Below, piece after piece: positions 39,849 through 53,896 of a stretch of DNA of 64,000 nt. Source of the stretch: Octopus sinensis (Eukaryota). Numbering within the stretch: position 1 is the stretch's first letter; each line of letters begins with the position of its first letter. Made by a program: the position numbers and the translations under genes. The stretch spans positions 97,526,001-97,590,000 of the forward strand of contig NC_042997.1 in the NCBI RefSeq assembly GCF_006345805.1, written 5' to 3'. The notes under the pieces were generated by a model. It saw only the letters and a program-made list of their open reading frames with translations, was not told where the DNA came from and made no database searches.

Positions 39849-40115
39849 TATGCTCAATAAAGGAAGGGGGAAAAAAGGCAATAAAATGAAAGGTATTTAA
39901 TACTTATTTCAGTCAAATATTTGAGTTCAATTCTAATGTTTTCACTTATATTTGGGCAGAAATGACACCTCAAGCAGTTAGTATACATTTTCATTCGATC
40001 GCATTTTTCATTTTTTTTTTTTTTCTGCAATAAGTAGATGTTCTTCGCAGATGACTTCTTTAGACTCTTGCAGATTTACTCATATGAGTGTGAACATCAC
40101 TGGAATCGTCTTGAG

Positions 40116-40152
40116 CAGTGGTTTTCAACCAGGGTCCATCTGACCGCCAGAG

Positions 40153-40191
<39 letters not shown>

Positions 40192-41050
40192 AAATAATAT
40201 ATAAAATTAATCTCATATAAGGTTATTATGATTAAAGAGAAGAAAAAGAAAGTATGGAACACTCTTCAGCGGTATTCAACGAGGATGTAAAAAAAAAAAC
40301 ACGTCAAAATTATAACCGCCCCCGCATATACAAATAACGCAGCATAAATTCGACTTATACTGTAAAAGCTCTATAATGAAAACATTATCAAAACCACATA
40401 CTTAACGTTTGTGCTGTTTAAACCCCATAAGATTTTGTTGCTAAAATTTTTGCACAATAAACTGGTTATATTTCTGCAATATAAGAAATATTTTAACAAT
40501 TTTTTAAAAATATAATTCCTAAGAATATTTAATTATAAAAATATACTAGCAGTATAGCTCAGCGTTGCTCGGGCTTGTTTTCTTTTCGACCCTTTAGAAT
40601 TGGAATTTTTGAAAAGTAAACATTTTGCATTATGTAGCTTGTTATTCTCTTTAAGGGAAAATTTTTCTGTTTGAAATACACCGAAAAATGACGACACAGC
40701 AGTTAAAAAACAGTAAAAAATAAGAATTTTCATAGAAAAAAAGCACCTTTTTGATGTAAATAATTTTTGGTGTTAACATGGTCCGATTTGAATTTTTTCT
40801 TCTACGGAAGGAAGAGCAAGCCTTCTTCTATCATACTCTCAATTTTGGTCAACTTGCGCCGTAGGGTCTCGGAGGAGATAGTGTTAATTGAAGGCTACCA
40901 AACCTGCCACACACACACAGACAACTTCAGCTTTATATATATAGAGAGAGATAAGATTTTTAAAACATCGAGTGACTATGAAGGTTCAGCGGAGGAAAAT
41001 AGGAATCAAAGGGGGTCCATTAGAGAAAATAAAATGGTTAAGAACCACTG
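40116..41050. mobile_element. hAT MITE (family of 6885-7120) carrying two nested insertions
   Basis: CAGTGGTTTTCAACC...GGTTAAGAACCACTG; flanks GTCTTGAG and GTCTGAGG. Confidence 0.8.
40545..40952 (-). mobile_element. Non-autonomous Helitron/HINE-like element
   Basis: Minus strand starts ATCTC..TATATATATAAAG and ends with hairpin CCCGAGCAACGCTGAG then CTAGT. Confidence 0.75.
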
Positions 41051-41189
41051 GTCTGAGGAAAGGAAATCCTGTCAGAAAATCAACCTCTATTTCAGGTCCT
41101 GAAGTTTGAGTATTGGGCTAATCACCTATTCCTGAAAGAAAATAAAACAGGAAACACTTCTGACTATAGAATCTCCAAACACTCGGACG

Positions 41190-41433
41190 AATTTACAACA
41201 CCTTGGAGAGACAGTGGTTACTGACTTGGAAAGAGAAGGAAGCATGACGCGCTAGAATGAAAGCCGAGAGGAAGCTTAGGAGCCGATGATGGCAACCATG
41301 ACATGGGTCCCTGATGGAAGGGGGAAGGGCAGAAAACCCAAGAACACCCGGAGAAGAAATGTTGGAAAAGAGACGGAGGGCAATAGATGGAGAACGTGAA
41401 ACTAGGTGCGAACCACGACCATCGACTGGGCAG

Positions 41434-41445
<12 letters not shown>
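41190..41445 (+). mobile_element. RTE LINE C-terminal fragment followed by (GA)n
   Basis: MTWVPDGRGKGRKPKNTRRRNV...DWAAWR resembles RTE TW.P.G.R.RGRPK.TWRR...DR..WR. Confidence 0.7.
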
Positions 41446-41495
<50 letters not shown>

Positions 41496-41684
41496 AAGAG
41501 AGAGAGAGAAAGAGAGAGAGAGAAAGAGAGAGAGAGGAAACCTCATATGGCTGCCACCTGGCATGAAATGGAAAGAAGAAGAAGAAGAAGAAGAGAAGAA
41601 GAAGTGTTTGCAATGCGATCCTCAATAAAATATCCAGTCCTATTTAAAATGGGGTAAAATTCTGACCCCGCCGTTGTACATTCT

Positions 41685-41724
<40 letters not shown>

Positions 41725-41856
41725 TGTGTGTGTTAAAATTACATATAAAATTAATCTTATGTAAGATTATTGAAGAGAATAAAAAGAAGTATAGAAAACT
41801 CTTCAGCGGCATTCAACGAGGTATTTTAAAAAAGAAAAAAAAAAAAAAAAAGAAAC

Positions 41857-42232
41857 AGGCACAGGAGTGGCTGTGTGGTAAGTAGCTTGCTAACCAACCA
41901 CACGGTTGCGGGTTCAGTCCCACTGCGTGGCATCTTGGGCAAGTGTCTTCTGCTATAGTCCCGGGCCGACCAATGCCTTGTGAGTGGATTTGGTAGACGG
42001 AAACTGAAAGAAGCCTGTCGTATATATGTATATATATGTATATGTGTGTGTGTTTGTGTGTCTGTGTTTGTCCCCCTAGCATTGCTTGACAACCGATGCT
42101 GGTGTGTTTAGGTCCCCGTCACTTAGCGGTTCGGCAAAAAGAGACCGATAGAATAAGTACTAAAAGGTGGTGTTCCAGCATGGCCGCAGTCAAAATGACT
42201 GAAACAAGTAAAAGAGTAAAAGAGAAAGAGAG
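41857..42232 (+). mobile_element. CORE-type SINE
   Basis: Family consensus with an internal deletion. Confidence 0.85.
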
Positions 42233-42669
42233 AGAGGTCGAATTATAACCGCCTCCATATATACAAATAGCGCAGTAAAAATTCGAGTTATGTTGAAGCT
42301 CAAAAATGAAAACATTATCAAAACCACGTATTTAAGCTTTGTGCTGTTTAATCTCCAGAAGTTGTGGTTTATCGTATTGTCGTATTTGCACTGTATCCAA
42401 AGAGAGGAAATAATCATATAATTATGAAGTAATAACCATTATATGCAAAAGGATGCTTTGAGCGTCTTCATTTCATTTCACCGACTTTTGCTGACTTCTT
42501 TCCTATACTAAAGAGTTACTAAGAAAACATCTATAATTAGTATGTTGTGTGTTGTGATAGAATCCAAAGCAAATAAAAATAGGAAAAAACAAAAATTGCT
42601 ATGACGAACTTCTTTAAGTTGGTTGGAATTAATTTTCAGAACTTCTGCTACGCTTGATTATTTTTTGGT

Positions 42670-42809
42670 ATGACTCTCTCCCTCCCTCCCCATCACTCAC
42701 TCTCTCTCTCTCTCTCTCACTTACTCACTCCCTCCCTCACTCACTCGCTCGCTCACTCACTCACCTCACTCACTCATTCACTCACTCGCTCACTCACTCT
42801 ATCTGTCTG

Positions 42810-42891
<82 letters not shown>

Positions 42892-42896
42892 GTCTA

Positions 42897-42932
<36 letters not shown>

Positions 42933-42936
42933 TCTA

Positions 42937-42971
<35 letters not shown>

Positions 42972-43310
42972 TCTCTCTCTCTTTCTCCTTCTAACCCTTT
43001 CTCTTCCTCACCTCCTTCTCCTTGTCTGTCTCTCCCTCTTTTTCTCCCTACCTCTCTTTCTCTTTTTCCCTTCCCCCGTGTCTCTCTCTTTCTCTTTTTC
43101 TTTTTCTCTCTCTCTCTTTGTCTCTATCTAAATATAATTTATTTTATTAAAGGTTAGGTATATATGTAAAGAGGCATGCGGGTGTGTGTGTATATGCGTG
43201 TGTACGCGCACGCGTGCGTACGTGTACATGTGTGTATCTTTGTGTGTGTATGTGTGTATGTATGTGTGTGTGTATGCGTATGTATGTATGTGTATGAATG
43301 AAGATTCCGG
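42670..43310. repeat. Compound microsatellite (CT/TCAC/TCTA/TCTG/TG)
   Basis: Direct. Confidence 0.9.
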
Positions 43311-44029
43311 CACAATAGCTACAATGAACAAGACCTAAGGTCAATCTGTCATGTCCAACAATTTTCAAAGAGAGGTTTGAAGCCAAAGTTCATTTTGTAA
43401 TTCTAATACCATCTGTCGGTTTTGTGTTCATAAAAATTCCACCAAAGAACCTTCGTTATTAATTTTGAAACACAAACGAAAATCATCATCATCATCATCA
43501 TCACCATCGTCGTTATCGTTATTATTGTTGTTGTTGTATGCACTCAAAGCAACAGGACGAGATTGATTGGATGAGATCGATTGGAAAATTACCTACTAAT
43601 GTCACATGTCTAAGTGGTTAATTGGTTAACCAATGAAGTTCCAGATGTCGAGAATGGAATTCTTCAGTTCCCTGTCATGTCTATTGTTTAAATTTAATAT
43701 AAACAATTAAAACACATCATTTTCAATGGAATTTTTCCAAAATCTTTCTACTGCAACACCATATATATATATAAAGGTAAATAAAACTCTTGCAAATGGT
43801 TTTTAATGATAATTTTTATTTGTTCTACTACCATATATCAAAAAAATTACAAACAGAAAAAATGTTACAAAGACTGAAATCTGCCATTAGTTATGAACTT
43901 TTACCAGGAAGGTAGGTGAAATCATGATATATAATTAAGCAGATTTAAAGAAATCTTTAAGAGGTGAAAAAAAAATGGAAGAGAAAATATTATTAGTGCT
44001 TTTATTATTATTTATTCTTTTTTGTGTGT

Positions 44030-44690
44030 AAGGTGGCGAGCTGGCAGAATCGTTAGCGTGTCGGTCAAAATGCTTAATGGCATTTTCCCCGGCTTTTTAC
44101 GTTCTGAGTTCAGATTTAACGGGGTCGATCTAGCTTTTCATTCCTTTCAGAGACGATGAAATAAGTACCTGTTTTACTCTGGTGTTGGTGTAATAGTCTA
44201 ATTCCTTCTCCTGAAAATTGCTGGCCTTGTGCCAAAGTTTGAAATTATTGTTATCATCCTTAACTTTCTGTGTAGGCTGGCATGCTGGCAAGCCGGGCAA
44301 AATACTTAGCGGCGTTTCGTCCGTCTTTACGTTCTGAGTTTAAACTCCTTCGAAGTCGACTTTGCCTTTCATCTTTCGGACTCGTTAAAATAAGTACCAG
44401 TTGAGTACTGGTGTTGATACAATCAATTTACTCCCACCGCCGAACTTGCTGGGCTTGTGTCAAAATTTGCAACCATTATTAGCTTTTGGTGAAAGGTGAC
44501 GTGTTGGAAGAATCGTTAGCGCATCGGACGAAAATAATTAACGGCATTTCTCCCAGTTCTCTTTACGTTTTGAGATCAAACTTCACTGAAGTCGAGTTTG
44601 AAGTTCCTCCTTTCGAGGTCGATAAAATATGTACTATCTGTACACTGGGCTTCATGTAATCAATTAGTTTCCTCTCTCTAAAATATGCCA
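44030..44690 (+). mobile_element. Three old tandem Meta-like variant-tail SINEs
   Basis: Heads at about 44030, 44275 and 44490. Confidence 0.7.
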
Positions 44691-46120
44691 ATGTTTGTAT
44701 GGTTTAAATATTTGTTTTACAGGTCAATATTTTTCCATATTAGAAATTGTGACTCATCTGAAACATATCTCTATCATTTCATTTTTGTATTTCGTTTGCG
44801 AGATTCTTGCTGAGACAGATTTTGTTTTATCTCGAGAGGGTCATTTTACCAATAATAAACACAAGCACTGGTTATATTTCATTTCTTTATTATTCGTCGA
44901 TTAGTTAAATATTTAACCAGTTATTTGATTAATCATTCGATTGATCAGACAGTCAGTCAGTTATATTTGTCAAGTTCTCTCTACTATATGTCAGCTTTAG
45001 GTCTGTCTGTCTATGTGCACGTGGACATGTCTTATAAGACGGAGAGGAAGGATGTCAGTTGGTACAATGATTCGGGGAGCCGGGAGCCAATGAGGGGCCG
45101 TGACTATCTCTCAGACCACTGTATGTATGTATGTATGTATGTATGTATGTATAGGGCACTCCGTATGTATATATGTATACGTACGACGACGAGGGTTCCT
45201 ATTGATCCAATCAACGAAACAGCCTATTCGTCTGTTTGTCTATCTCTTATCTCTCATCTATTTATTTGTATGCCTGTCTGTCTGTCTGTGTCTCCGTCTC
45301 ACTCTCTTTCTCTGTCCGTCTGCCTGTCAATCCCTCATTTCTCTGTGTACCGTCGTAAGGAGAATGATTTTTTTATGCTAAAACAAAAGAATTCATTTCC
45401 TCTAAAGGGAGGGTCTCACTAATTTTCTTCACAGTTCCTTTTTCATTCTTAATCGCCGCAGAGCATCGCTCGTTTCCTCGGACACAAAATTTTGCTTCTG
45501 TTTAATTTTTTTTAGTGACCGTAATTGTTTCTGTCAACCTGTCATTAGATCCCAGTTTTGTGTGTATGTGAATGTGTGTGTGTGTGTGTGTTTTAATTAT
45601 ATGGACTCTATCTAATGGGCAGTTAGCCTCTTCTTCGTTTAACTGCTCACTCACAGATAAAGAATTCCTTAGCCACAACCGATTTAAGACCAAAAACAAA
45701 TTAGAGAGACAAAAGAATCGAAGCCATTGTTGGTTCTGTGATCACTGGTTCACTTTCCACTCTCTAATTTTTAGAAATACCTGTGTCCCTGCCGTGTGGT
45801 GTCGAGAGCAGCTTTGATTAACTATTAAACAATACATGCATAATGTGCTTAGAACACCAAAAGAGACATTAGAAAGATTTTCTTTTCTTTTCCACAACCA
45901 TATTTACTATTATGCAAATGATAAAATTATAGCAGCTTTTGTTTTTCATTGATAAAAGAAAAAACTTTGAAAATTTGTATATTTCTTTTCTCGCTCTAAA
46001 GCATTGGTCTCCACCCTTTCATGTACTACAGAGTGGTTTCATACAAGACTATTTTCCTACAGACCGGGAGATAATGCGCATAAAATAAAATAGAAAAAAC
46101 CCAATACAGTGCATAACATA

Positions 46121-46339
46121 CAGGGGTGGACAAATGTAGGTATACACTTGGTTAAGATGAATATAATGTTCTTTTCATTTCTTTCTTTCTTTTTTTTATA
46201 CCTAAGTGATTCAAATGTCGACTTAGGGATCTGTGGGAGATGCCCTAGTTCACTGGAAGCCCTTTTTAAAAACAATTTCTGGTGACTTTGAGTGTCTGCT
46301 TGAGTCAAGCAACTGTAAACCTACCTTTGCCCACTCCTG
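46121..46339. mobile_element. Tc1/mariner-type MITE
   Basis: About 30-bp TIRs CAGG(G/A)GTGG(A/G)CAAA.GTAGGT.TACA.TTG; TA TSD. Confidence 0.8.
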
Positions 46340-47434
46340 TATAATTTAATTATTATAAGGATAATACATATGTATTGTATATATAATCTACATATAATGC
46401 AAAAACACTCAACAGATTGCAATAATAGAATAGAAATAAAATTTTAAAAATATTCTTTCTATGCGGCCCGGGACCAAATGGTCCGCAGTCTGGTGGTTAG
46501 AAACCCGGGCGCCATTTGCAAAGACTTGGAAAATTTACATTTTCTTGTTGATCTAGTTATAAATAAATACGTAATGTGTCCATAATGCTTACAACTATTT
46601 TGTGCTAAATAAATATAATTTTTAAAATTATTAAAAAAAAAAAAGAAGAAAAGCAGTCTATATTCAGTATAGTTGCGGGATCTGAGCTGAGGAATGAACT
46701 CGAAGAAAACGGTATTTTTAATTATATTATTTCACATTTAGCACATTATTATGACTTAATGTCTTGTCAGAATGATAATGGAAGGGTCGAGAGGGCAACA
46801 TTGTTAGACTGTGCTTAGAAAATTAGTTGACCTTAATCCGGCCCTGTTCGGAAATTACATTAAAGGAGGGAAAATAGTCTAAATATAGAGAACTGAGTAA
46901 TTAACGTCAACAGCTTGTTTATCTAAATATAAACAATTTACATAGTAAGTAGTAGTAAATACGAGTAATTAAAATAGAATATTGATTTCCACAATCTGAC
47001 CAAATAGGTTTTGTACTATTAACAGATAAACAGTGGACGACATTTCATAAATATCTCGCATCTATCGTACTATCATCTAAGCTACGTATTGCACTATTCT
47101 ATATTATATTGATTTTGAGTGATTCAGCATTAACGGCGCGGGGGAGGGTGGGGGTGTTATGTGAGAATCACGGACGATCCACTGATTCAATATGGCTTCG
47201 AATAACGAGCAAGAAAACTTGACTGTTCGTACACTAGCTAGTACACTAGCGAGTAGCATTTATAACCAAGACATTTATTTCCCAACTGTCCGGTCCATTT
47301 AGCTTCAAGTCGGTTCTGTAAGAGAAGGAGCTGCGGCTTTTAGTTACGCCTTCTGTTTTTTTTTTTTTTTAAATTCTGCTGAGGTTGGCTTTGCCTTCAT
47401 TTTTCTGGCGGTCAAATTTAATTAATGTTTACTC

Positions 47435-47822
47435 TTTTACTTGTTTCAGTCATTTGACTGCGGCCATGCTGGAGTACCGCCTTTAAGTCGAGCAAATCGA
47501 CTCTAGGACTTATTCTTTGTGAGCCTAGTACTTATTCTATCGGTCTCTTTTGCCGAACCGCTAAGTTACGGGGACGTAAACACACCAGCATCGGTTGTCA
47601 AGCGATGTTTGGGGGGACAAACACAAACACTAAAACATATACACACACATACATACATACATATTTATACATATATACGACGGGCTTCTTTCAGTTTCCG
47701 TCTACCAAATCCACTCACAAGGCTTTGGTCGGCCCGAGGCTATAGTAGAAGACACTTGTACAAGGTGACATGCAGTGGGAATGAACCCGGGACCATGTGG
47801 TTGGTAAGCAAGCTACTTACCA
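47435..47822 (-). mobile_element. CORE-type SINE
   Basis: Family match. Confidence 0.85.
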
Positions 47823-48364
47823 GATTTTCAAAACACAAATTTCAGTTATTCTGTTACGTGAAAAAAAAGTACTACTATTAGTAGAATAGTAATCTGTCTA
47901 AGCTACAGAAAACGGAGATGAATACTAACTAGCCATATGGATCCTTAATATTCGGAAATGACTAGATATCTTTCTCAAGAGTTTTAACAGGATTATTAAG
48001 GTGAAATGGAACATCGTGTGTTCAGCTTCATTATGTTATGAGGAAAGGGAGGTTCACGTGGAAAAAAAATATCTGAGTGAGAAGATCATCAAAGGAGGGG
48101 AAGTGAATTAGAGAGAATACACGGAGATTTCCCTTTGTCTAAAGGATTCCTTATGGTGACAACAGTGGAAAAGTAAAATTTGTATAAGTGTGTGTGCGCG
48201 CGCGTGTGTGTACGTGTGTGGGTGTGTGCATGTGTGCGTGTGTGCATATGCGCGTGCTTGTCTTTCACCGCTTGACAACTGCTAGTTTGTTTGCATCCTC
48301 GTAACGAGAACGACAGAATAAGCACCAGATGTGAAATAATATTGGGACCGATTGATCGATTAAA

Positions 48365-48518
48365 CTGGTCATGGGCAAACTGCGGCCCGCAGGACTCTCC
48401 GACTGGCACGCCTAACGAAAAAATTTACCTTGAATTTTTTAAGTGGTGCGGCCTGCCTGATGATGACTCCTGTCTCATGCAACCCGTCTCCCCCCAAAAA
48501 AGGTTGTCTATACCTGGT
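48365..48518. mobile_element. Small hAT-like MITE
   Basis: CATGGGCAAACTGCGGCCCG...AAAAGGTTGTCTATACCTG. Confidence 0.55.
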
Positions 48519-48597
48519 CTAACCCTTCAAGGCGATGTCTAAGCACGGCTACAGTCCAATGACTGTAACAAGCAAAAATAATTTGTGACTGTGTGGA

Positions 48598-48995
48598 TAG
48601 GCGCAGGCGTGTCTCTGTGGTAAGAAGCTTGCTTCCTAACCAGATAATTCCGGGTTCGGTCCTACTGCGCGGCACCTTGGGCAAGTGTCTTCTACTATAG
48701 CCTCGAGCCGACCAAAGCCATTGTGAGTGTATTTGGTAGATGTGGAAACTGAAGGAAGCCCGTCGTATATGTATGTGTCTGTGTCTTTGTGTCTGTGCCT
48801 TTGTGTCTGTGCTTGTCTCCACCATCGCTTGACAACCGTAACTTAGTGGTTCGGCAAAAGTTACCGATAGAATAAGTTCCAGGCTTATAAAGAAAATAAG
48901 TACTGTGGTCGATAAGTTTGACCAAAAACTCCTGAAGGCGGTGTCCCAGTATGGCCGCAGTCTAATGACTGAAATTATTAAAAGATAAAAGATAG
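48598..48995 (+). mobile_element. CORE-type SINE
   Basis: Family match. Confidence 0.8.
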
Positions 48996-49505
48996 AAGAT
49001 ATGTGGTTTCTTCAATTGAAGTAATCCCACTTCTTCTCCGCTATTAGTACCCATGGTTTCAGGTCCAGGAAAAATATACGAGGCAAAAATTTTGCCTAAT
49101 ACCCTAGGCAAAAACATAAACCTTGCAGCTCCCAGTTTCATCTTCCTCTAGAGTCTTGGGAATTCTTGGCTAACGAATCAACAATCTATTTTATATTTTT
49201 CTGAATATCAAGCACCATTGAGTGAACAATGGGAGTTTCCTTGCCAATCGAGATAAAATAAATGACCTGGTTACATTTGAAACATGTTGACGACATTTAC
49301 ATCGTAATGTTTTTTGGAAAAGTAATGAGTACCACAACGTTTCATTCTCACCTTTTATTCTTCTGTCGAATTCAATGTATATGGTATTACATCATTGCAA
49401 ACGTAGTCAAGCAGCTGTTCTCCCAATGTAATTTCCCGAAGAGGCATTCATTTCTAAAAGGAGTCATTTACTACCCTAACACCACGAATATTCCTCCAGG
49501 AAAGG

Positions 49506-49546
<41 letters not shown>

Positions 49547-51291
49547 CTACTATCATCCGGTTTTGTGCAAATGTTAAAAGAAATCGCATTAATTATTGTT
49601 TATAATTTAGACTTAAGGCTAGCTATAAGAACCGCAACTACACAAACCAATGCATTTTGTTGGACGCGCTAAAATTTTTACTTTTCCACTTGTCACCGTA
49701 ATAATTCTTTCCAGTTTTGGTACACGGCCAGCAATTTTGCAAAATTACATTGATTCCAGTATTTGACTGGCATTTCATTGAGCCCGGAGGGAAGAAAGAC
49801 GAAGTCAGAACGTAATGAGTTGTAAGAAATAGCACAAAGCACTTTTTCCGGCTCTCTTAGTGATTCTGTCAGCTCGTCACTTTGCTCTCACCATAACAAC
49901 AATTAGGTTTAACATAGACAAATTACCAGAAATATAGGTGAGGAAGAAAGAGTCGATTAAATCGACTCAGATACTGGGCTTGTATTATATTTTATCATTC
50001 CGAAATGATAAAAGGCAAAGTTGACCACGATTCTGATTGATCTCAGAATGTAAAGAGTATCGGAAAAAGAAAAAAAAAACGCCTCAACCTTGAGGGTATT
50101 TTATCCGACGCTACCATAGCAGCATTACTCATAAAACCAACCATTCATCACCTTCGACCGATGTGTTTGTCTGTAATACACCACCATCAGAGCTGAGGAA
50201 AGAAACTTTGAAACTCTTAATCATATGCTCTGCCTTGTAAGAGACAACATTTATTGATTTCTGGATTTTTGTTTTATAGTTCGGCTTTAACGGCGTCATT
50301 TATTTTTAGTGCATATTTGGCTCTTTGTTTGTTACCAAGCCGGTTTCTAATGATTTTTCTATGACGTAAGCTACTAGAGTTTTTCAGTCTATTTCTTCTT
50401 CCATTTTCAAATATCACTCTTGTTCACTTTATCTGTGTGTTTTTGATTATTTTTTCTTTTTTTATTGTTGTCCCCCCCCCCCTTTTTTGTTTTGATCAAT
50501 TTCTTTCAATTGATAGCATCTATATAAGATATTTTGTTCTATCAAATGACCTTCATCTATTCTCATTATATTCGAGATCTTCCAACCTAACACATATTTT
50601 ACTTCAATAGGTGCATCAGTTGGATTTTTTGCTCTCGTTGGCCGACTGACTGGAAATGAAAATAACGAATGGCAGAGACAAAAAGAAAGACAATGCTACT
50701 TTTCAAAACCATATGTTTCATAGAACGATAAAGAGATGATGGAAGAAGGAGGAGAGAAAGAACAAATGTGCTTGTGTGTGTGTGTGTGTGTGTATGTAGT
50801 GCATGTGTAGGTGTGGATGTAAATAGGAATATATTGAAACATGGCTAAAGCAATTTTTCCCCCTATTTGAGTATTGCCATCTTCAGATTCATTGTATGTA
50901 TGTATGTATATATGTATGTATGTATGTATGTATGCATGAATGTGTGTACGCTTTTTCGTTCTTTCTTTTTTTTTCTTTTCTTTTTCTGAATTCTTCCCAC
51001 AAGGATAGAGAATTGGTTTCTTGCATAGAAACAAAGCTTCATGCCTGGAATTTGGGTAACAAAGACAATGAGTGTGCGTGCGTGTGTGTGTGTGTGTCTG
51101 TGAGTGTTATATCTAATACGGAACAATAATGTTGCTAGTCTATTAACGTTCCAACGCAGAATCTTTTGAGTATGGGATAAATGCCTTGACGTATTTTTCC
51201 GACTCAATGCTCCGGATTCAAATTCTGCCGATGTCGACTTTGCCTTTCATCCTTTCGGGGTCGTAGGCCTTGTGCCTTTGGTAGAAAGGAT

Positions 51292-51302
51292 TATTATTAT
51301 TA

Positions 51303-51339
<37 letters not shown>

Positions 51340-51880
51340 GAGTGAGAGGGCAGTGCATGCCATCAAAATGACACTGGGGTAAAATATACGTACGAAGCCC
51401 AGAATACCCATCATGACTACCCGTCTGGTAAGAGTACACCAGGGAGATGCATCACAACCATATGTGCGCAACATGGTGATCTCATAACAAGATAAACAGC
51501 GCATGACCTTGCAGGTAGGGCCCAGTTAGAATTTTGTTCAGGTCGTGTAGCCCGTCCCGCTCAATGGTCCTTGAATAAGGGTTGTTTAAGAATGTTGAAC
51601 GAAACATCCGTGTTTCCAGAGGTGAGTTATTCAAACTCCATAGAATTCCTCTCAATACATGGTTTTGATGCTTCCCCACTACTTCTGCTCGTGATCAGAG
51701 ATGCTCATATCGTCAGCCACTAAAGGACATGCTCAATTGGTTATGGTTAAACAAATGACAAGCAAATCTGTGGTATTGAGCAGAATATTTGTTGTAGCCC
51801 GTCTTTTATACCAAGTCAAAACAATGTACATGATAACATTCCAATCAATTAAGACCAGAAGCCATGAGAGCCACTGCCTG
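51292..51880 (-). mobile_element. Unclassified retroposon (about 540 bp) with (AAT)n tail
   Basis: Discrete non-coding block ending in (AAT)n on the minus strand, between SINE remnants. Confidence 0.45.
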
Positions 51881-52062
51881 ATCGGACAACATTCTTAGCG
51901 GCATTTCGTTCGTCCTACTTTACTTTCTGAGTTCAAATGCTGCAGAGGTCGACTTTGCTTTTCATCCTTTCGGGGTCGGTAATATAATTACCAATTGAAC
52001 ACTCTGGTCGATGTAATCGACTTATCTCCTCCCCTGAAATTGCTGGCCTTGTGCCAGAATTT

Positions 52063-52096
<34 letters not shown>

Positions 52097-52199
52097 CACA
52101 ATATTAACGTTGTAGCAGGTTTATTAAGCTTCCTATCCGATCAATGGTGAGAAGCAGCCTTGTCCTTTCTTCTATTATGATATTCCATGCTACTCGTAT

Positions 52200-52420
52200 C
52201 TATTCTTATTTTGTATCGTGGTATTTTCACGTTATTCTTGCTGATCCAATCAAACAACTTCTCTGCACACCACTCACTCCGGGATTAGATTGTAGTTTTC
52301 CAAGTTTCATTCTCAAATTCTTCGTCACAGTTTCCAAAGCCCCAATAATAACTGGTATGGTCTCGACCTTATCAACGCTTTTACTTCAGTATTTGAGAAT
52401 TTCATAATTGAAGTCAGTAT
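52200..52420 (-). mobile_element. R4/NeSL-like non-LTR C-terminal remnant
   Basis: KVETIPVIIGALETVTKNL...VQRSCLIGSARI resembles the V.VIPVVIGALG..PKNL...QKSALLGTARI terminus. Confidence 0.7.
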
Positions 52421-52899
52421 AATAATTCTACTTTTCTTTTTGCCTTCCCCTTCACTTAGCTATCAAATGAGCATGCCATGTCAATTACTTTGCTTTGCTC
52501 TTTCAGTTCTGTTCAAATAACACTGTTCTATTACTTCTCTGTGCATGCAAAACCGAACGCCTTGCAAACATTTTAGCGAATTATTATTGCAGTCATTTTA
52601 TCACATCTAAATTTTTTGAACTCTTTACAATTGAGTACATACTAATACAATGTCAAAAAGGGCCTCATCTGTACCATTACACATTCTATGTTTGAGCAAA
52701 CAATCCTGTCTATCTGTCAGTCACTCGATCAAATCTACTCTTAGACCTTATTTCTGAGCTACTAAAATCAGTCCCACGGACTCTTTCTTCAGATATTCTT
52801 GTCATACATTTTTTCTTTTTCTCTTTGGAAAACACTCACTGGAACTTCTTTTCTTCGAAGTTAGATATTTCTTTTTTCTTCGTTGTTTTATTTTTTATC

Positions 52900-53265
52900 T
52901 TTTGCTGGTCTCAGTCATTGGATTGCAGCCAAACCGAGACACCCCATTGGGAAATATTTGTCGAACACTTCAACCCTGGCATTCGTATTTTATATTTAAG
53001 TCTGGTACTTATTTTTTGCTGAATTACTTACGGAGATGCAAAAAATATAACGCCGGATGTGAAACGGTGTGTGTGCGTGTGTGTGTGTGTGTGTATACGA
53101 TGGGGTTCCAAACAATTTCCATCAACCAAATTCTTGAAAAAACATTGATCGGTCCAGTCTGTAGTAGAAGGCACTTGCCAAAGATATCACGCAGTGGGAC
53201 TGAACCCGAAACCAATTGGTTGCAAAGCGAGGTTTTTAACCACATGACCACGCCTGCACCTATTT
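52900..53265 (-). mobile_element. Degenerate CORE-type SINE
   Basis: Family match. Confidence 0.7.
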
Positions 53266-53466
53266 AGTTTTTTTCTTTTTTGTTTAATTCCTCTCTCACT
53301 TCTACATATATAACCTTCCCTTTTCACTTCCTAAAAAAGAACTTTTCTCCTCCGGAAAGAACCCTACATTTATTTTTTGTGATTCTATAATCTCTTCAAC
53401 ACTCCTATCTTTTTTCTGTTTCTTTCTCTCTCTCCCCCTCTTTCTTTCTTTCTTTCTTTCTTTTTC

Positions 53467-53529
<63 letters not shown>

Positions 53530-53815
53530 CTTGCCCCTCTCTGTGTCTCTGTCTGTCTCTCTCTCTGTCTCCTCCCCTCTCTCTCTGTATAAACGGTCTA
53601 CATCTGATTAGTGGAGCGTACGTTTATCTGTGCATTGGGATCTGCTTCCTCATCTTTGTGTTGATATTCTTCCTCTTTTCTCTTCTCGATGATTCCTGTA
53701 CCATATTTTAGTGATTGCTATTATGACGTGTCTCTACCCATTCAATTTAGATTTTAAATATTCTATACTGGAGGCTTCCTTCATTTCTATACTTTGAACT
53801 GCCCCCCTCTCTCTC

Positions 53816-53892
<77 letters not shown>

Positions 53893-53896
53893 ATAT

